DNA of 46,796 nt, from positions 1-46,796 of the forward strand of contig JAGNUI010000001.1 of the NCBI GenBank assembly GCA_017987065.1, given 5' to 3'. The notes under the pieces were generated by a model. That model saw nothing but the letters and a program-made list of their open reading frames with translations, did not search any database and was not told the DNA's origin. Made by a program: the position numbers and the translations under genes. Below, in pieces: positions 37,820-46,796 of the stretch (the first letter of the stretch is position 1; every line of letters starts with the position of its first letter). Origin of the DNA: Arenimonas sp. (GTDB lineage Bacteria > Pseudomonadota > Gammaproteobacteria > Xanthomonadales > Xanthomonadaceae).

Positions 37820-38206
37820 TCAATCGTGTTTATGCTCTGGCACAATGGCATGAATGCCCTTGCCTTCCAACTGATCCAAAAAATCGACGCCGCGTCGTAA
37901 ATGCGGAATAACAATTGAACCACCCACTACTAATGCAACACTAAAGGTCTCAAAAAATTCATCACGATTTACGCCAGCCTCTTTACACTGCGCAATGTGG
38001 TAACTAATGCAATCATCGCATCGTAACACCATGGATGCCACCAAGCCCAACAACTCTTTGGTTTTAAGCGGAAGCGCACCGTCTTTGTAGGTTTGCGTAT
38101 CTAATGCAAAGAAACGTCGAACCACTTGATTATCTTCGGATAATATCCGCTCGTTCATCCTGACGCGAAAATCAGTAAAGTCCTTAACGCGATCTTGTTC
38201 GGTCAC
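37820..38206 (-). CDS. Carboxymuconolactone decarboxylase / AhpD-like protein
   Basis: GALPLKTKELLGLVASMVLRCDDCISYH. Confidence 0.9.
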   Translation of the reverse strand: MTEQDRVKDFTDFRVRMNERILSEDNQVVRRFFALDTQTYKDGALPLKTKELLGLVASMVLRCDDCISYHIAQCKEAGVNRDEFFETFSVALVVGGSIVIPHLRRGVDFLDQLEGKGIHAIVPEHKHD

Positions 38207-38463
38207 GGTACTTGCTCCAAAAGTGGCTGAAACTTTCCTGCGTGATCAAGCGCCACCATATCGTCAAAGCCACCAACGTGTGTATCGTTAATGAAAATTT
38301 GTGGCACAGAAGTGCGCTGTGTTTTGCTCATCATGGCTTGCCTAGCATCGGCATCCGTATCAATTCGCAATTCACGCCATTCCAGACCTCGTGCTTTCAA
38401 AAAGTTTTTTGCCGCCACGCAGTACGGGCAAAATGCGGAGCTATAAATCAAAATATCAGCCAT
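38203..38463 (-). CDS. grxC: Glutaredoxin 3
   Basis: CPYC, TSVPQIFI, HVGGFDD. Confidence 0.95.
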   Translation of the reverse strand: MADILIYSSAFCPYCVAAKNFLKARGLEWRELRIDTDADARQAMMSKTQRTSVPQIFINDTHVGGFDDMVALDHAGKFQPLLEQVP

Positions 38464-38540
38464 AAACGTCCTATTCAGAATAAAGGGAACTATGCTTTAC
38501 AATGTGAGTCTTAGTTTAGGTCAATTCAAGTGCAGAATGC

Positions 38541-40139
38541 ATGAAACACAAGCAATTACAGATTAATCTAAAATTGGCATTTATTTTCTGTATAGCGATT
38601 GCCCCAGGAGTGATTCAGGGGCAAGAAACACTGTTGCCTGAACTTGGTTCCTCGGCCGGCGATTTGATCACTCCTGAGCAAGAACAGCAATATGGTAGCT
38701 ATACGCTGTATCAACTTCGCCAAAAAAACTACATCTTAGATGATCCTTTAATTGACGTTTGGTTACAAACCTTGGGACATAGACTCGGCGCTTCTTCTGA
38801 CAATCCTAAACAGCCGTTTACATTTTTTATGGTCCGTGACCGTCAAATCAACGCCTTCGCTACTTTAGGCGGTTATATTGGCATCAATGCCGGATTGATT
38901 TTAGTTGCCAAAAGCGAAGATGAAGTAGCAGGCGTATTGAGCCATGAAATTTCACATGTTACTCAAAAACATGTGTTGCGCTCTGTTGAGCGCGCCAGTA
39001 AAGATAAATTACCCGTATTGTTAGCGACACTAGCCACGATAGTGGTGGCACAATCATCTAATAGCAACTCTTCAAATGAAGCCACCATGGCTGCCGTAGT
39101 TGGCTCACAGGCCCTATTAGTACAACGTCAGATTGATTACACGCGCTCCAATGAGTCAGAAGCCGACCGCATTGGCATACAAACCTTGTATCGTGCGAGT
39201 TATAAACCAGAAGCATTAGCTGATTTTTTTGCTCGAATGGAAAGTACGGGCCGTGGTAATTCGGGTGGTTATCAGGCTCCAGATTTTTTAAAATCGCACC
39301 CCGTTACCTCAGTTCGAATAAGTGAGGCTCGCGATCGAGCTTATAAAATTCAACAAAATCGTACCGACTTAAACTTGGATAAACCTAATTCAAATAATCC
39401 ATTATTACCAAGCTTTGCCCAAACCAGCGCATCCAGCCAACAATCGATGCTGACGGGAACTGATTTTCCTTGGGCCAAAGAACGCCTGAGAGTGTTGTCG
39501 GCTAGCAGTCCTGGCGCTGCCATCTCCGAGTATCGTATTGGAATTGACGGCTTTCAAAAATCACTAACCGATGCTCAAAAATACGGACTAGCACTTGCTT
39601 ACAATGCCAACAATCTAGGCTCAAACGCAGAACCGCTATTAACGGAACTGGCGAAAAAGTACCCCAATAATTTATGGATTGCCCTTGCACATGCCGAAGC
39701 CGCCGGAACGGCTAAGAAATCGATTTTGGCACAAAGCCGATATGAGCAATTATTACAACAGTTTCCAAATAATCGTGCCGTGATTATCGCTTTTGCCCAA
39801 TTTCTAATCGAACAAAACAATCCAACCCTAGCCGCTCGTGCACAAAACCTGATGCGGCCATTAATTAATGACAGCTATGAAGACGTTGTATTTCAGCGAA
39901 GTTATGCACGCGCCTGTGAATTATCTGGCAATACCTTAAGGGCTTCTGAAGCCTATGCTGAAGTGGCCTTTTTAAACGGCCGCGTTGATGACGCCATTAA
40001 TCAGCTGACTGTGTTACTGGAAAATGATGACTTAGATTATTACCAAAGAACACGTATTGAAGCGCGCATAGCCGCTTTCAGGCCCATTTCATTAGAGCTG
40101 CGAAGGCAAGGTATCAGACCCGAACAACAAGGTGGCTGA
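38541..40139 (+). CDS. bepA: M48 metalloprotease/chaperone with TPR repeats (BepA/YfgC)
   Basis: Signal peptide, INAFA..GG, HEISH, ESEADRIG, SHP, TPR C-terminus. Confidence 0.9.
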   Translation: MKHKQLQINLKLAFIFCIAIAPGVIQGQETLLPELGSSAGDLITPEQEQQYGSYTLYQLRQKNYILDDPLIDVWLQTLGHRLGASSDNPKQPFTFFMVRDRQINAFATLGGYIGINAGLILVAKSEDEVAGVLSHEISHVTQKHVLRSVERASKDKLPVLLATLATIVVAQSSNSNSSNEATMAAVVGSQALLVQRQIDYTRSNESEADRIGIQTLYRASYKPEALADFFARMESTGRGNSGGYQAPDFLKSHPVTSVRISEARDRAYKIQQNRTDLNLDKPNSNNPLLPSFAQTSASSQQSMLTGTDFPWAKERLRVLSASSPGAAISEYRIGIDGFQKSLTDAQKYGLALAYNANNLGSNAEPLLTELAKKYPNNLWIALAHAEAAGTAKKSILAQSRYEQLLQQFPNNRAVIIAFAQFLIEQNNPTLAARAQNLMRPLINDSYEDVVFQRSYARACELSGNTLRASEAYAEVAFLNGRVDDAINQLTVLLENDDLDYYQRTRIEARIAAFRPISLELRRQGIRPEQQGG

Positions 40140-40152
40140 CATTTATGACAAT

Positions 40153-40170
40153 CTGTCATAATCCCGTCAT
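40153..40170 (+). promoter_or_regulatory. Pho box
   Basis: CTGTCAT-AATC-CCGTCAT, an 11-bp-period direct repeat ending 44 bp upstream of phoB. Confidence 0.9.
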
Positions 40171-40214
40171 AATAATGAGATTGAATACCTTACAGACATT
40201 ACTAAGGTTTTAGC

Positions 40215-40907
40215 ATGCAAGCACAGATACTGATTGTTGAAGACGAACCCGCTATTCGAGAAATGATAGCTTTTGCTCTACGAACTCAGTCGTATCAGCC
40301 AATTTGCGTACAAGATGGTAAAGAAGCTATCTCTGCCATTTCTGAAAAAATACCTGATCTCATATTGTTGGATTGGATGTTGCCTGGGATGAGCGGCATT
40401 GATTTAGTGAAACGATTTCGCAAAGAACCCAATACACGAGAAATTCCAATCATCATGTTAACCGCCAAAGGTGATGAAACGGATCGCATCACGGGTTTTG
40501 ACCATGGCGTTGATGATTATGTGGTGAAGCCATTTTCTGCCCGTGAACTACTTGCTCGCATTAAAGCCGTTTTAAGGCGTAGCCGTGAAACGGAAGAAGA
40601 CGGGTCGATAGAATCGGGTTCATTACGCTTAGATGCAAGTCAGCATAAACTGTTGATTAAAAATGAAGTAGTACATATTGGACCAACGGAATATCGCCTA
40701 TTGCATTTCTTTATGAGTCATACCAATCGCGTTTACTCCCGTAATCAATTACTCGATTTTGTATGGGGCGGCTCCAGTGAAATTGAAGATCGTACCATTG
40801 ACGTGCATATTCGCCGCTTACGTAAAGCGTTGGAGCCCTACCAGCTTGACACGCTGATTGAAACCATACGCGGCTCTGGCTATCGTTTTATCGAATCACA
40901 AACTTAA
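40215..40907 (+). CDS. phoB: Phosphate regulon response regulator
   Basis: LLDWMLPGMSG, GPTEYRLLHFFM, DRTIDVHIRRLRKAL. Confidence 0.97.
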   Translation: MQAQILIVEDEPAIREMIAFALRTQSYQPICVQDGKEAISAISEKIPDLILLDWMLPGMSGIDLVKRFRKEPNTREIPIIMLTAKGDETDRITGFDHGVDDYVVKPFSARELLARIKAVLRRSRETEEDGSIESGSLRLDASQHKLLIKNEVVHIGPTEYRLLHFFMSHTNRVYSRNQLLDFVWGGSSEIEDRTIDVHIRRLRKALEPYQLDTLIETIRGSGYRFIESQT

Positions 40908-40909
40908 GC

Positions 40910-42238
40910 ATGCCCAATGCCTCTTTAACAGCACTAGCTTGGCGTCAATCTTGGATACTCTGGATTGCAACCTATGTCTCTTGCAGTGCCATTGCTTATT
41001 GGTTTTTTGACTGGCAGGGTGTTTTAGGTGCTTGGGCTATTGTCAGTAGCCTGCAAGTTATTCGGGCCTACCGAAAACTCGGCCATATATTAAACCAACT
41101 AGAGTCGCGAGCTATTTCTGTAAACCCAGACGGCCTAGGATTATGGTCAGCATTAGAAACACTCATTTATAAACGTAGTATTGAAAACCGTAAGCGCATT
41201 ATTAGGTTAGCTGGCATGTTACGAGGCTATCGGCATGCCGCAAGCGCAATGCCGGAAGGCGCGTTAGTTATTAACCGACTCAATGGCTATATTGTCTGGT
41301 CCAATAAAACTGCGAAACGCCTGTTGGGATTACAATCTGGCAAAGATAACGCGAATCTGTTTCAAATTCTGCCGGCCAATGTAAAAACATGGTTTCAAGA
41401 ACATCATGCAGAACAACCATTGTTAAATGTTCCAGCGCCAATTGGCGCTGAAATATACTTGGATTTTTTTCTGATTCCCTATACCTCGGAAAGAAGTTTG
41501 TTAGTACTTCGTGACTCAACAAAATTAAGGCGTTTGGAGCACATGCGTAGCGATTTCGTAGCTAATGTTTCGCACGAACTAAGAACACCGCTAACGGTTA
41601 TTCATGGCTATCTTGAGTTAATTGACCAAGTCGACAACCCTGAATTACAAAATATTATCCTTGAAATGCAAAAACAATCTAAGCGAATGAATACCTTAGT
41701 GGAAGATTTATTGAATCTTTCGCGCTTAGAATCTGAAAGCATGCTTGTTGATGAAGCGATTAATTTGCCCGCTTTGCTAAGCACGTTGCATCAAGAGGCT
41801 ATTGCTCTTAGTCAAGGCCGACACCAAATTAACATTGTCTCGCATTGCCAAGATAATTTATTGGGCGCCCATCAAGAAATACACAGCGCATTTTCGAATC
41901 TGGTTTCTAATGCGGTACGTTATACGCCTACCGGAGGCCAAATTACTATTGGCGTTGAAAAAAATAATTTAGGCAGTATTGATTTCTACGTCACTGACAC
42001 TGGATTTGGCATACCTGCCAATCATATTAATCGGCTCACTGAGCGTTTTTATCGTGTTTCAGCCAGCCGTTCACGCGAGCTCGGCGGTACGGGGCTTGGC
42101 TTATCCATCTGCAAACACGTACTCAATTTACACCAAGCTGAACTAATCATTGAAAGTACCATAGGAAAAGGCAGTACCTTCCGTTGTCGCTTTCCAATAC
42201 AACGATTGACGCAAAACACCCTTAAGCATCTGTTATGA
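40910..42238 (+). CDS. phoR: Phosphate regulon sensor kinase
   Basis: TM helices, PAS-like region, DFVANVSHELRTPLTV, RLTERFYRV, GGTGLGLSI. Confidence 0.96.
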   Translation: MPNASLTALAWRQSWILWIATYVSCSAIAYWFFDWQGVLGAWAIVSSLQVIRAYRKLGHILNQLESRAISVNPDGLGLWSALETLIYKRSIENRKRIIRLAGMLRGYRHAASAMPEGALVINRLNGYIVWSNKTAKRLLGLQSGKDNANLFQILPANVKTWFQEHHAEQPLLNVPAPIGAEIYLDFFLIPYTSERSLLVLRDSTKLRRLEHMRSDFVANVSHELRTPLTVIHGYLELIDQVDNPELQNIILEMQKQSKRMNTLVEDLLNLSRLESESMLVDEAINLPALLSTLHQEAIALSQGRHQINIVSHCQDNLLGAHQEIHSAFSNLVSNAVRYTPTGGQITIGVEKNNLGSIDFYVTDTGFGIPANHINRLTERFYRVSASRSRELGGTGLGLSICKHVLNLHQAELIIESTIGKGSTFRCRFPIQRLTQNTLKHLL

Positions 42239-42266
42239 TTTATAAAATGGATATTTACATCACATT

Positions 42267-44339
42267 ATGATTAATTTCGAACAATTTACAGACTCTGAGC
42301 TTTATCTAAATAGAGAACTATCACAACTGGCATTCAACTTCAGAGTACTTGCACAAGCACAAGACGAGCGCATTCCCTTACTTGAGCGACTGAAATACTT
42401 GTGTATTTCTTGCACAAATCTTGATGAGTTTTTTGAAATTCGGGCAGCCACCGTTAAAACGGCTTTGCAATACAAAGCACCGTTAAAGCCTGACAACATG
42501 GACCCGCAATTAGCACTTGATCAAATTTATGTGATGGCTAATCGCTTGGTAGAAGATCAATATGCATTATGGAATGAGGTATTACGCCCAAAACTATCTG
42601 AAACTGGCGTACGCATCATCAATCGAGACCAATGGAATCCAGCCCAAAAACGTTGGCTCCACGATTATTTCAAAAAAGAAGTGTTACCGGTATTGTCGCC
42701 ATTAGCATTAGACCCTGCTCACCCATTCCCACAAATTTTAAATAAAAGTCTGAACGTCGCTGTGGTTTTGGAAGGCAAAGATGCCTTTGGCCGCAAAGGT
42801 GGCATAGCCATCGTACGAGCGCCACGTTCATTACCTCGAATTATTCAATTACCTGAAAAAGCATCGGGTGGCAAAGACGATTACGTTTTTCTTTCCGCTA
42901 TTTTGACAGAGTTTGTTGGTGATTTATTTCAAGGCATGAAGGTTAAGGGCGCTTACCAATTTAGAGTGACACGAAATTCCGAATTATTCGTTGATGAGGA
43001 AGAAGTAGAAAATCTTGCCAGTGCGCTTAAAGATGAATTGCACTCACGTGGCTACAACCCTGCTGTTCGGCTAGAAATTGCTAAAAATTGCCCGAAGCGC
43101 ATCACCGATATTTTATTAGAAAATTTTAATCTCACCAAAAGCGCTTTATTTCGAATTGATGGCCCCGTTAATTTAAATCGCGTTATTCAAGTTTATGATT
43201 TAGCGAAAAGAGCTGATTTAAAATTTACTAACTTTAAACAAGGCAAAGTTGATATTGATGAGGAAAGACCTTTTCACAGCATAGCTGAAAGAGACATTGT
43301 TCTGCATCATCCCTACCAAAGCTTTAGTACGGTATTAGATTTATTGCAACATGCCGCGAACGACCCAAAAGTGTTGGCCATTAAGCAAACACTGTATCGA
43401 ACTGGGCATGATTCAAAAATAATTGAACACCTCATTACCGCAGCACATAATGGTAAAGATGTTTCTGTGGTTATTGAACTCAGAGCACGATTTGATGAAG
43501 AAGCCAATCTTTCTTTGGCTAATCAGCTACAAAAAGCTGGCGTACAAGTTATTTACGGCGTCGTTGGTTTTAAAACGCATGCAAAAATGATGCTAATCGT
43601 TCGTCGTGAAGGCAAGACCTTGCGCCGTTACGCGCATCTTGGCACCGGCAACTACCATGCAGGTACGGCTAAGGTCTATACCGATATTGGTTTACTGACA
43701 TGCCACGAAGGTATTACCGAAGACGTGCATTCTATGTTCCAACAGCTTTCTGGTCTCAGTAAAAATATTAAGCTCAACTATTTGTTGGCTTCACCATTCA
43801 CTTTGCATAAATCCTTGTTGAAGAAAATAAATCGCGAAGCCAGTTTTGCACGCGCCGGAAAACCGGCACGTATTATTGCCAAAATGAACGCTATTAACGA
43901 ACCCGGTGTTATTAAAGCACTGTATGAAGCGTCCCAGGCGGGTGTTAAAATTGAACTGATTATTCGTGGTGCCTGTTGTTTAAAACCTGGTGTCATTGGT
44001 CTTTCTGAAAATATCACGGTTCGCACCTTGGTCGGCCGATTCCTTGAGCACTCCCGAGTCTATTGGTTTAATAACAATGGCAAATCTGAAATTTATTGCT
44101 CCAGTGCAGATTGGCTTGAACGCAATTTATTGCGTCGTGTTGAAACCTGCTTTCCCATATTAGACAAAGAATATGCAGCACGAATTTTTCATGAAGAACT
44201 TGATTGCTATCTTCGTGACAACATCCAATCCTGGCAATTAAATTCTGATGGCAGCTATCAAAAAATCATTCCGTCCGAAAACGAAACAGAATTTTGCGCG
44301 CAAGACTATTTGTTGCACACCTTATGCCGAAAACGATAA
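42267..44339 (+). CDS. ppk1: Polyphosphate kinase 1
   Basis: NRELSQL, NLDEFFEIR, HHPYQSF, ARFDEEAN, KTHAK, GRFLEHSR. Confidence 0.98.
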   Translation: MINFEQFTDSELYLNRELSQLAFNFRVLAQAQDERIPLLERLKYLCISCTNLDEFFEIRAATVKTALQYKAPLKPDNMDPQLALDQIYVMANRLVEDQYALWNEVLRPKLSETGVRIINRDQWNPAQKRWLHDYFKKEVLPVLSPLALDPAHPFPQILNKSLNVAVVLEGKDAFGRKGGIAIVRAPRSLPRIIQLPEKASGGKDDYVFLSAILTEFVGDLFQGMKVKGAYQFRVTRNSELFVDEEEVENLASALKDELHSRGYNPAVRLEIAKNCPKRITDILLENFNLTKSALFRIDGPVNLNRVIQVYDLAKRADLKFTNFKQGKVDIDEERPFHSIAERDIVLHHPYQSFSTVLDLLQHAANDPKVLAIKQTLYRTGHDSKIIEHLITAAHNGKDVSVVIELRARFDEEANLSLANQLQKAGVQVIYGVVGFKTHAKMMLIVRREGKTLRRYAHLGTGNYHAGTAKVYTDIGLLTCHEGITEDVHSMFQQLSGLSKNIKLNYLLASPFTLHKSLLKKINREASFARAGKPARIIAKMNAINEPGVIKALYEASQAGVKIELIIRGACCLKPGVIGLSENITVRTLVGRFLEHSRVYWFNNNGKSEIYCSSADWLERNLLRRVETCFPILDKEYAARIFHEELDCYLRDNIQSWQLNSDGSYQKIIPSENETEFCAQDYLLHTLCRKR

Positions 44340-45856
44340 CGAAACGGCAAGCTAATACATCGATAGCTGAAGGCGACCTAGTTGCTGCAGTAGATCTTGG
44401 CTCGAATAGTTTTCACATGGTCGTAGCTCGTTATGTACTGGGTCAATTACGCATAATTGATCGGATTAAGGAGCATATTTATCTGGCAGAGGGCCTAGAT
44501 TCGGAAAAAAATCTAAGCCTAGAAGCTGAAAAACGCGCCTTAGCATGTTTAGCACAATTCGGACAAAGACTCACTTACGTAAAACCTAATAATCTGCGTA
44601 TTGTTGCCACCAATACGTTACGAAAAATGAGGCATCCTGAAGTCTTTATTGAAAAAGCCGAGCGTTGTTTAGGCAATCGAATTGAAATTATTGCTGGTCG
44701 TGAAGAAGCACGATTAATTTACCTTGGCGTTGCACATGATAAGCCTTTGAAAAAAGGTAATCGGTTGGTCATAGATATTGGCGGTGGCTCAACAGAATTT
44801 GTAATTGGTAAAGGATTTAGAGTTCTTGAAAAAGAAAGCTTGCAACTGGGTTGCATTGCCAATATCAAACGTTTTTTTCCTGATAAGAAATTATCCGCCA
44901 TTAAATGGCAGCAAGCAAAAACACAAATCAGTGTCGATATGCAGCCGTTTGCTTTGAAATTCAAGACTCATGATTGGAAACAAGTATTTGGATCCTCCGG
45001 AACCATTAAAGCCTTATCGGATATGGCCATAGCCAAACAACTCTCCGATGGCACGTTAAGCTTGGAAGTACTTCAACAATTAAGCAAAGAGATGGTTAGT
45101 TTTGGCAGCATTAATACTATTCGCTGGCCACAAATTTCTACTTCTCGTCGCAGATCAATAGCTGGCGGATTATTAACCCTTGAAACGGCCTTTGAAGTGC
45201 TTGGCATTGAGAGCATGCAAACCAGTGATTTTGCACTTCGTGAAGGCGTTTTGTTTGATATTTTAGGTCGTACGCAACAACATGATTCGCGAATCGAATC
45301 GGTCAATGCGCTACAAAGTCGTTATTCCATTGATACCACCCAATCGAAACGGATTGAGCATTACGCTCTGGCATTATTTGATCAAGTTAAAGAGTATTGG
45401 CAATTAACTGTATTCGACCGTGAAGCGCTTTCATGGGCGTGCAAACTGCATGAAATTGGTTTGACTGTATCGCATAGCCAACATCACCATCATGGTGCTT
45501 ATTTAATTGAACATTCCGATATTTCCGGATTTTCTAAAACAGAACAGCAACTCATTGCCATTTTAGTACGCAACCAACGCCGTTCTATCAATATGAAAAG
45601 CTTAATGACCATGACTGAAGCCAGTGCTATTAATGCATTGCGCTGTATACTACTGCTTCGGTTATCGATACTTTTTTACCGTAGTCATTCTAACAAACGC
45701 ATACCCAAATTAGAATTAAAGGTAACCAAAGCAAAGCTGTCACTGATTATTTCAAAAAAATGGCTATCTAAACACCCACTGACTAAATCCGATCTTGAGT
45801 CGGAACGTCAATATTTAAAAGTTGCCGAAATTGGACTTGATATCATTGAGAAATAA
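44324..45856 (+). CDS. ppx: Exopolyphosphatase (Ppx/GppA); probable ATG at 44324
   Basis: DLGSNSFHM, GREEARLIYLGV, DIGGGSTE, ALREG, LHEIG HD-like domain. Confidence 0.95.
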   Translation: MPKTITKRQANTSIAEGDLVAAVDLGSNSFHMVVARYVLGQLRIIDRIKEHIYLAEGLDSEKNLSLEAEKRALACLAQFGQRLTYVKPNNLRIVATNTLRKMRHPEVFIEKAERCLGNRIEIIAGREEARLIYLGVAHDKPLKKGNRLVIDIGGGSTEFVIGKGFRVLEKESLQLGCIANIKRFFPDKKLSAIKWQQAKTQISVDMQPFALKFKTHDWKQVFGSSGTIKALSDMAIAKQLSDGTLSLEVLQQLSKEMVSFGSINTIRWPQISTSRRRSIAGGLLTLETAFEVLGIESMQTSDFALREGVLFDILGRTQQHDSRIESVNALQSRYSIDTTQSKRIEHYALALFDQVKEYWQLTVFDREALSWACKLHEIGLTVSHSQHHHHGAYLIEHSDISGFSKTEQQLIAILVRNQRRSINMKSLMTMTEASAINALRCILLLRLSILFYRSHSNKRIPKLELKVTKAKLSLIISKKWLSKHPLTKSDLESERQYLKVAEIGLDIIEK

Positions 45857-45859
45857 TTC

Positions 45860-46702
45860 ATGAATTACTTGCACGGTTTTCACGCTGGAAATCACGCCGA
45901 CGTTTTAAAACACTGTGTGCTTTTGTATTTAATGAATCGTCTTAAGAGTAAAGACAAAGCATTTTTTGTACTCGATACCCACGCTGGTCGTGGACAATAC
46001 CTTCTTCAAGGTGAACAAGCAAAAAAAACGGGTGAAGCGCAAGAAGGAATTTTCAAACTGATTACCCTAAAAAAACTCCCTGATCCTGTGCATTTTTATT
46101 TGAAACAGGTTGAACGGGTTAATCCGGTTGGCAGCTTATTGAACTACCCCGGTTCTCCCGTTCTCATTGCCCAACAATTACGCGAACAAGACCGTTTAGT
46201 TTGCTATGAAAGCCAGAAACCTGAATTCGACTTATTGCGGCAGATATTCAAAAACGATCAAAATGTAAAAACTGAACTGGGCGATGGTTACCAAGCGCTC
46301 AAAGCACTTTTACCGCCCAGCGAACGCCGCGGCTTGGTGCTTATTGATCCGCCCTATGAAGCGCAGGAACAGGAGTTCCAGCAGATATTAAATAGTTTGC
46401 AAGAAGCGTTGTTGCGTTGGCCAACCGGCCAATTCGCGATTTGGTATCCCATCAAGCAACGTCGTTCATTGATTGGCTTTTTTCGCAATGTGGCGCAACT
46501 CTCAATGAAATCAGCCTTGGTACTTGAATTGCTAGTACGTAAGGACAACTCACCGTTACGCATGAATGGCAGTGGTATGTTGATTATCAACCCACCCTAT
46601 CAGATGGATACTGATCTAAATTCCAGCATGTCTAAATTGGTTGAGTTATTGAACGATGGCGATGGGAGTCATCGAATTACGTGGATAAAAACAGAAAGCT
46701 AA
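45860..46702 (+). CDS. rlmJ: 23S rRNA m6A2030 methyltransferase
   Basis: MNYLHGFHAGNHADVLKH, DTHAG, YPGSP, LIDPPYE, WYPIK. Confidence 0.97.
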   Translation: MNYLHGFHAGNHADVLKHCVLLYLMNRLKSKDKAFFVLDTHAGRGQYLLQGEQAKKTGEAQEGIFKLITLKKLPDPVHFYLKQVERVNPVGSLLNYPGSPVLIAQQLREQDRLVCYESQKPEFDLLRQIFKNDQNVKTELGDGYQALKALLPPSERRGLVLIDPPYEAQEQEFQQILNSLQEALLRWPTGQFAIWYPIKQRRSLIGFFRNVAQLSMKSALVLELLVRKDNSPLRMNGSGMLIINPPYQMDTDLNSSMSKLVELLNDGDGSHRITWIKTES

Positions 46703-46730
46703 ATAGTCTTTTAATTGTTAAAATAGGCGA

Positions 46731-46796
46731 ATGAACGAACCTTTAATACTCGCGCCAAAACCCAAACAATTAGTCACTTTTTTGAAGGCAATGCCA
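46731..46796 (+). CDS. 5' end of the next gene, possibly adenosine/adenine deaminase (partial)
   Basis: Open frame MNEPLILAPKPKQLVTFLKAMP to the window edge. FLKAMP resembles the segment preceding the K-x-E-L-H-x-H motif of adenosine deaminases, but only 22 codons are visible. Confidence 0.35.
   Translation, partial: MNEPLILAPKPKQLVTFLKAMP

Noticed and set aside
1423-46590. Numerous 60-180 aa ORFs antisense to or overlapping core genes
   Set aside because: They are shadow frames of well-conserved genes, with no motifs or expression signals.

Overview
Mostly core chromosome of an unusually AT-rich Xanthomonadales/Lysobacteraceae-like gammaproteobacterium (lineage inferred from gene content and protein signatures, not from a search). 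The core blocks are: the serC-pheA-hisC-aroA-cmk-rpsA-ihfB-lapA-lapB-galU supraoperon (- strand); a lipid-inclusion-like cluster (PHA-system protein, FFLEELY-type protein, patatin, phasin, two-domain fatty acyl-CoA reductase, acyl-CoA-binding protein, PhaD-like TetR) with no PHA or wax synthase in the window; type-B L36; aguAB; a TraB-family gene; a two-permease RND operon; two cytochromes c; nfuA, phhB, rluC, rne; a NarL/GacA-type regulator; a TonB-like gene; tRNA-Ser(TGA); icd; a CMD-family gene; grxC; bepA; phoBR-ppk1-ppx; rlmJ. The only clearly accessory DNA is the first ~1 kb, downstream of galU. It holds two tandem type II toxin-antitoxin modules (a complete parDE and the 5' end of a yefM gene that the ORF track missed), each with its own promoter and operator. 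The parDE module is bracketed by a 22-bp direct repeat (21/22 identical) and abuts a degenerate integron attC-like hairpin, suggesting a TA cassette array that continues beyond the left edge. No integrase, transposase, CRISPR array or prophage gene is visible.
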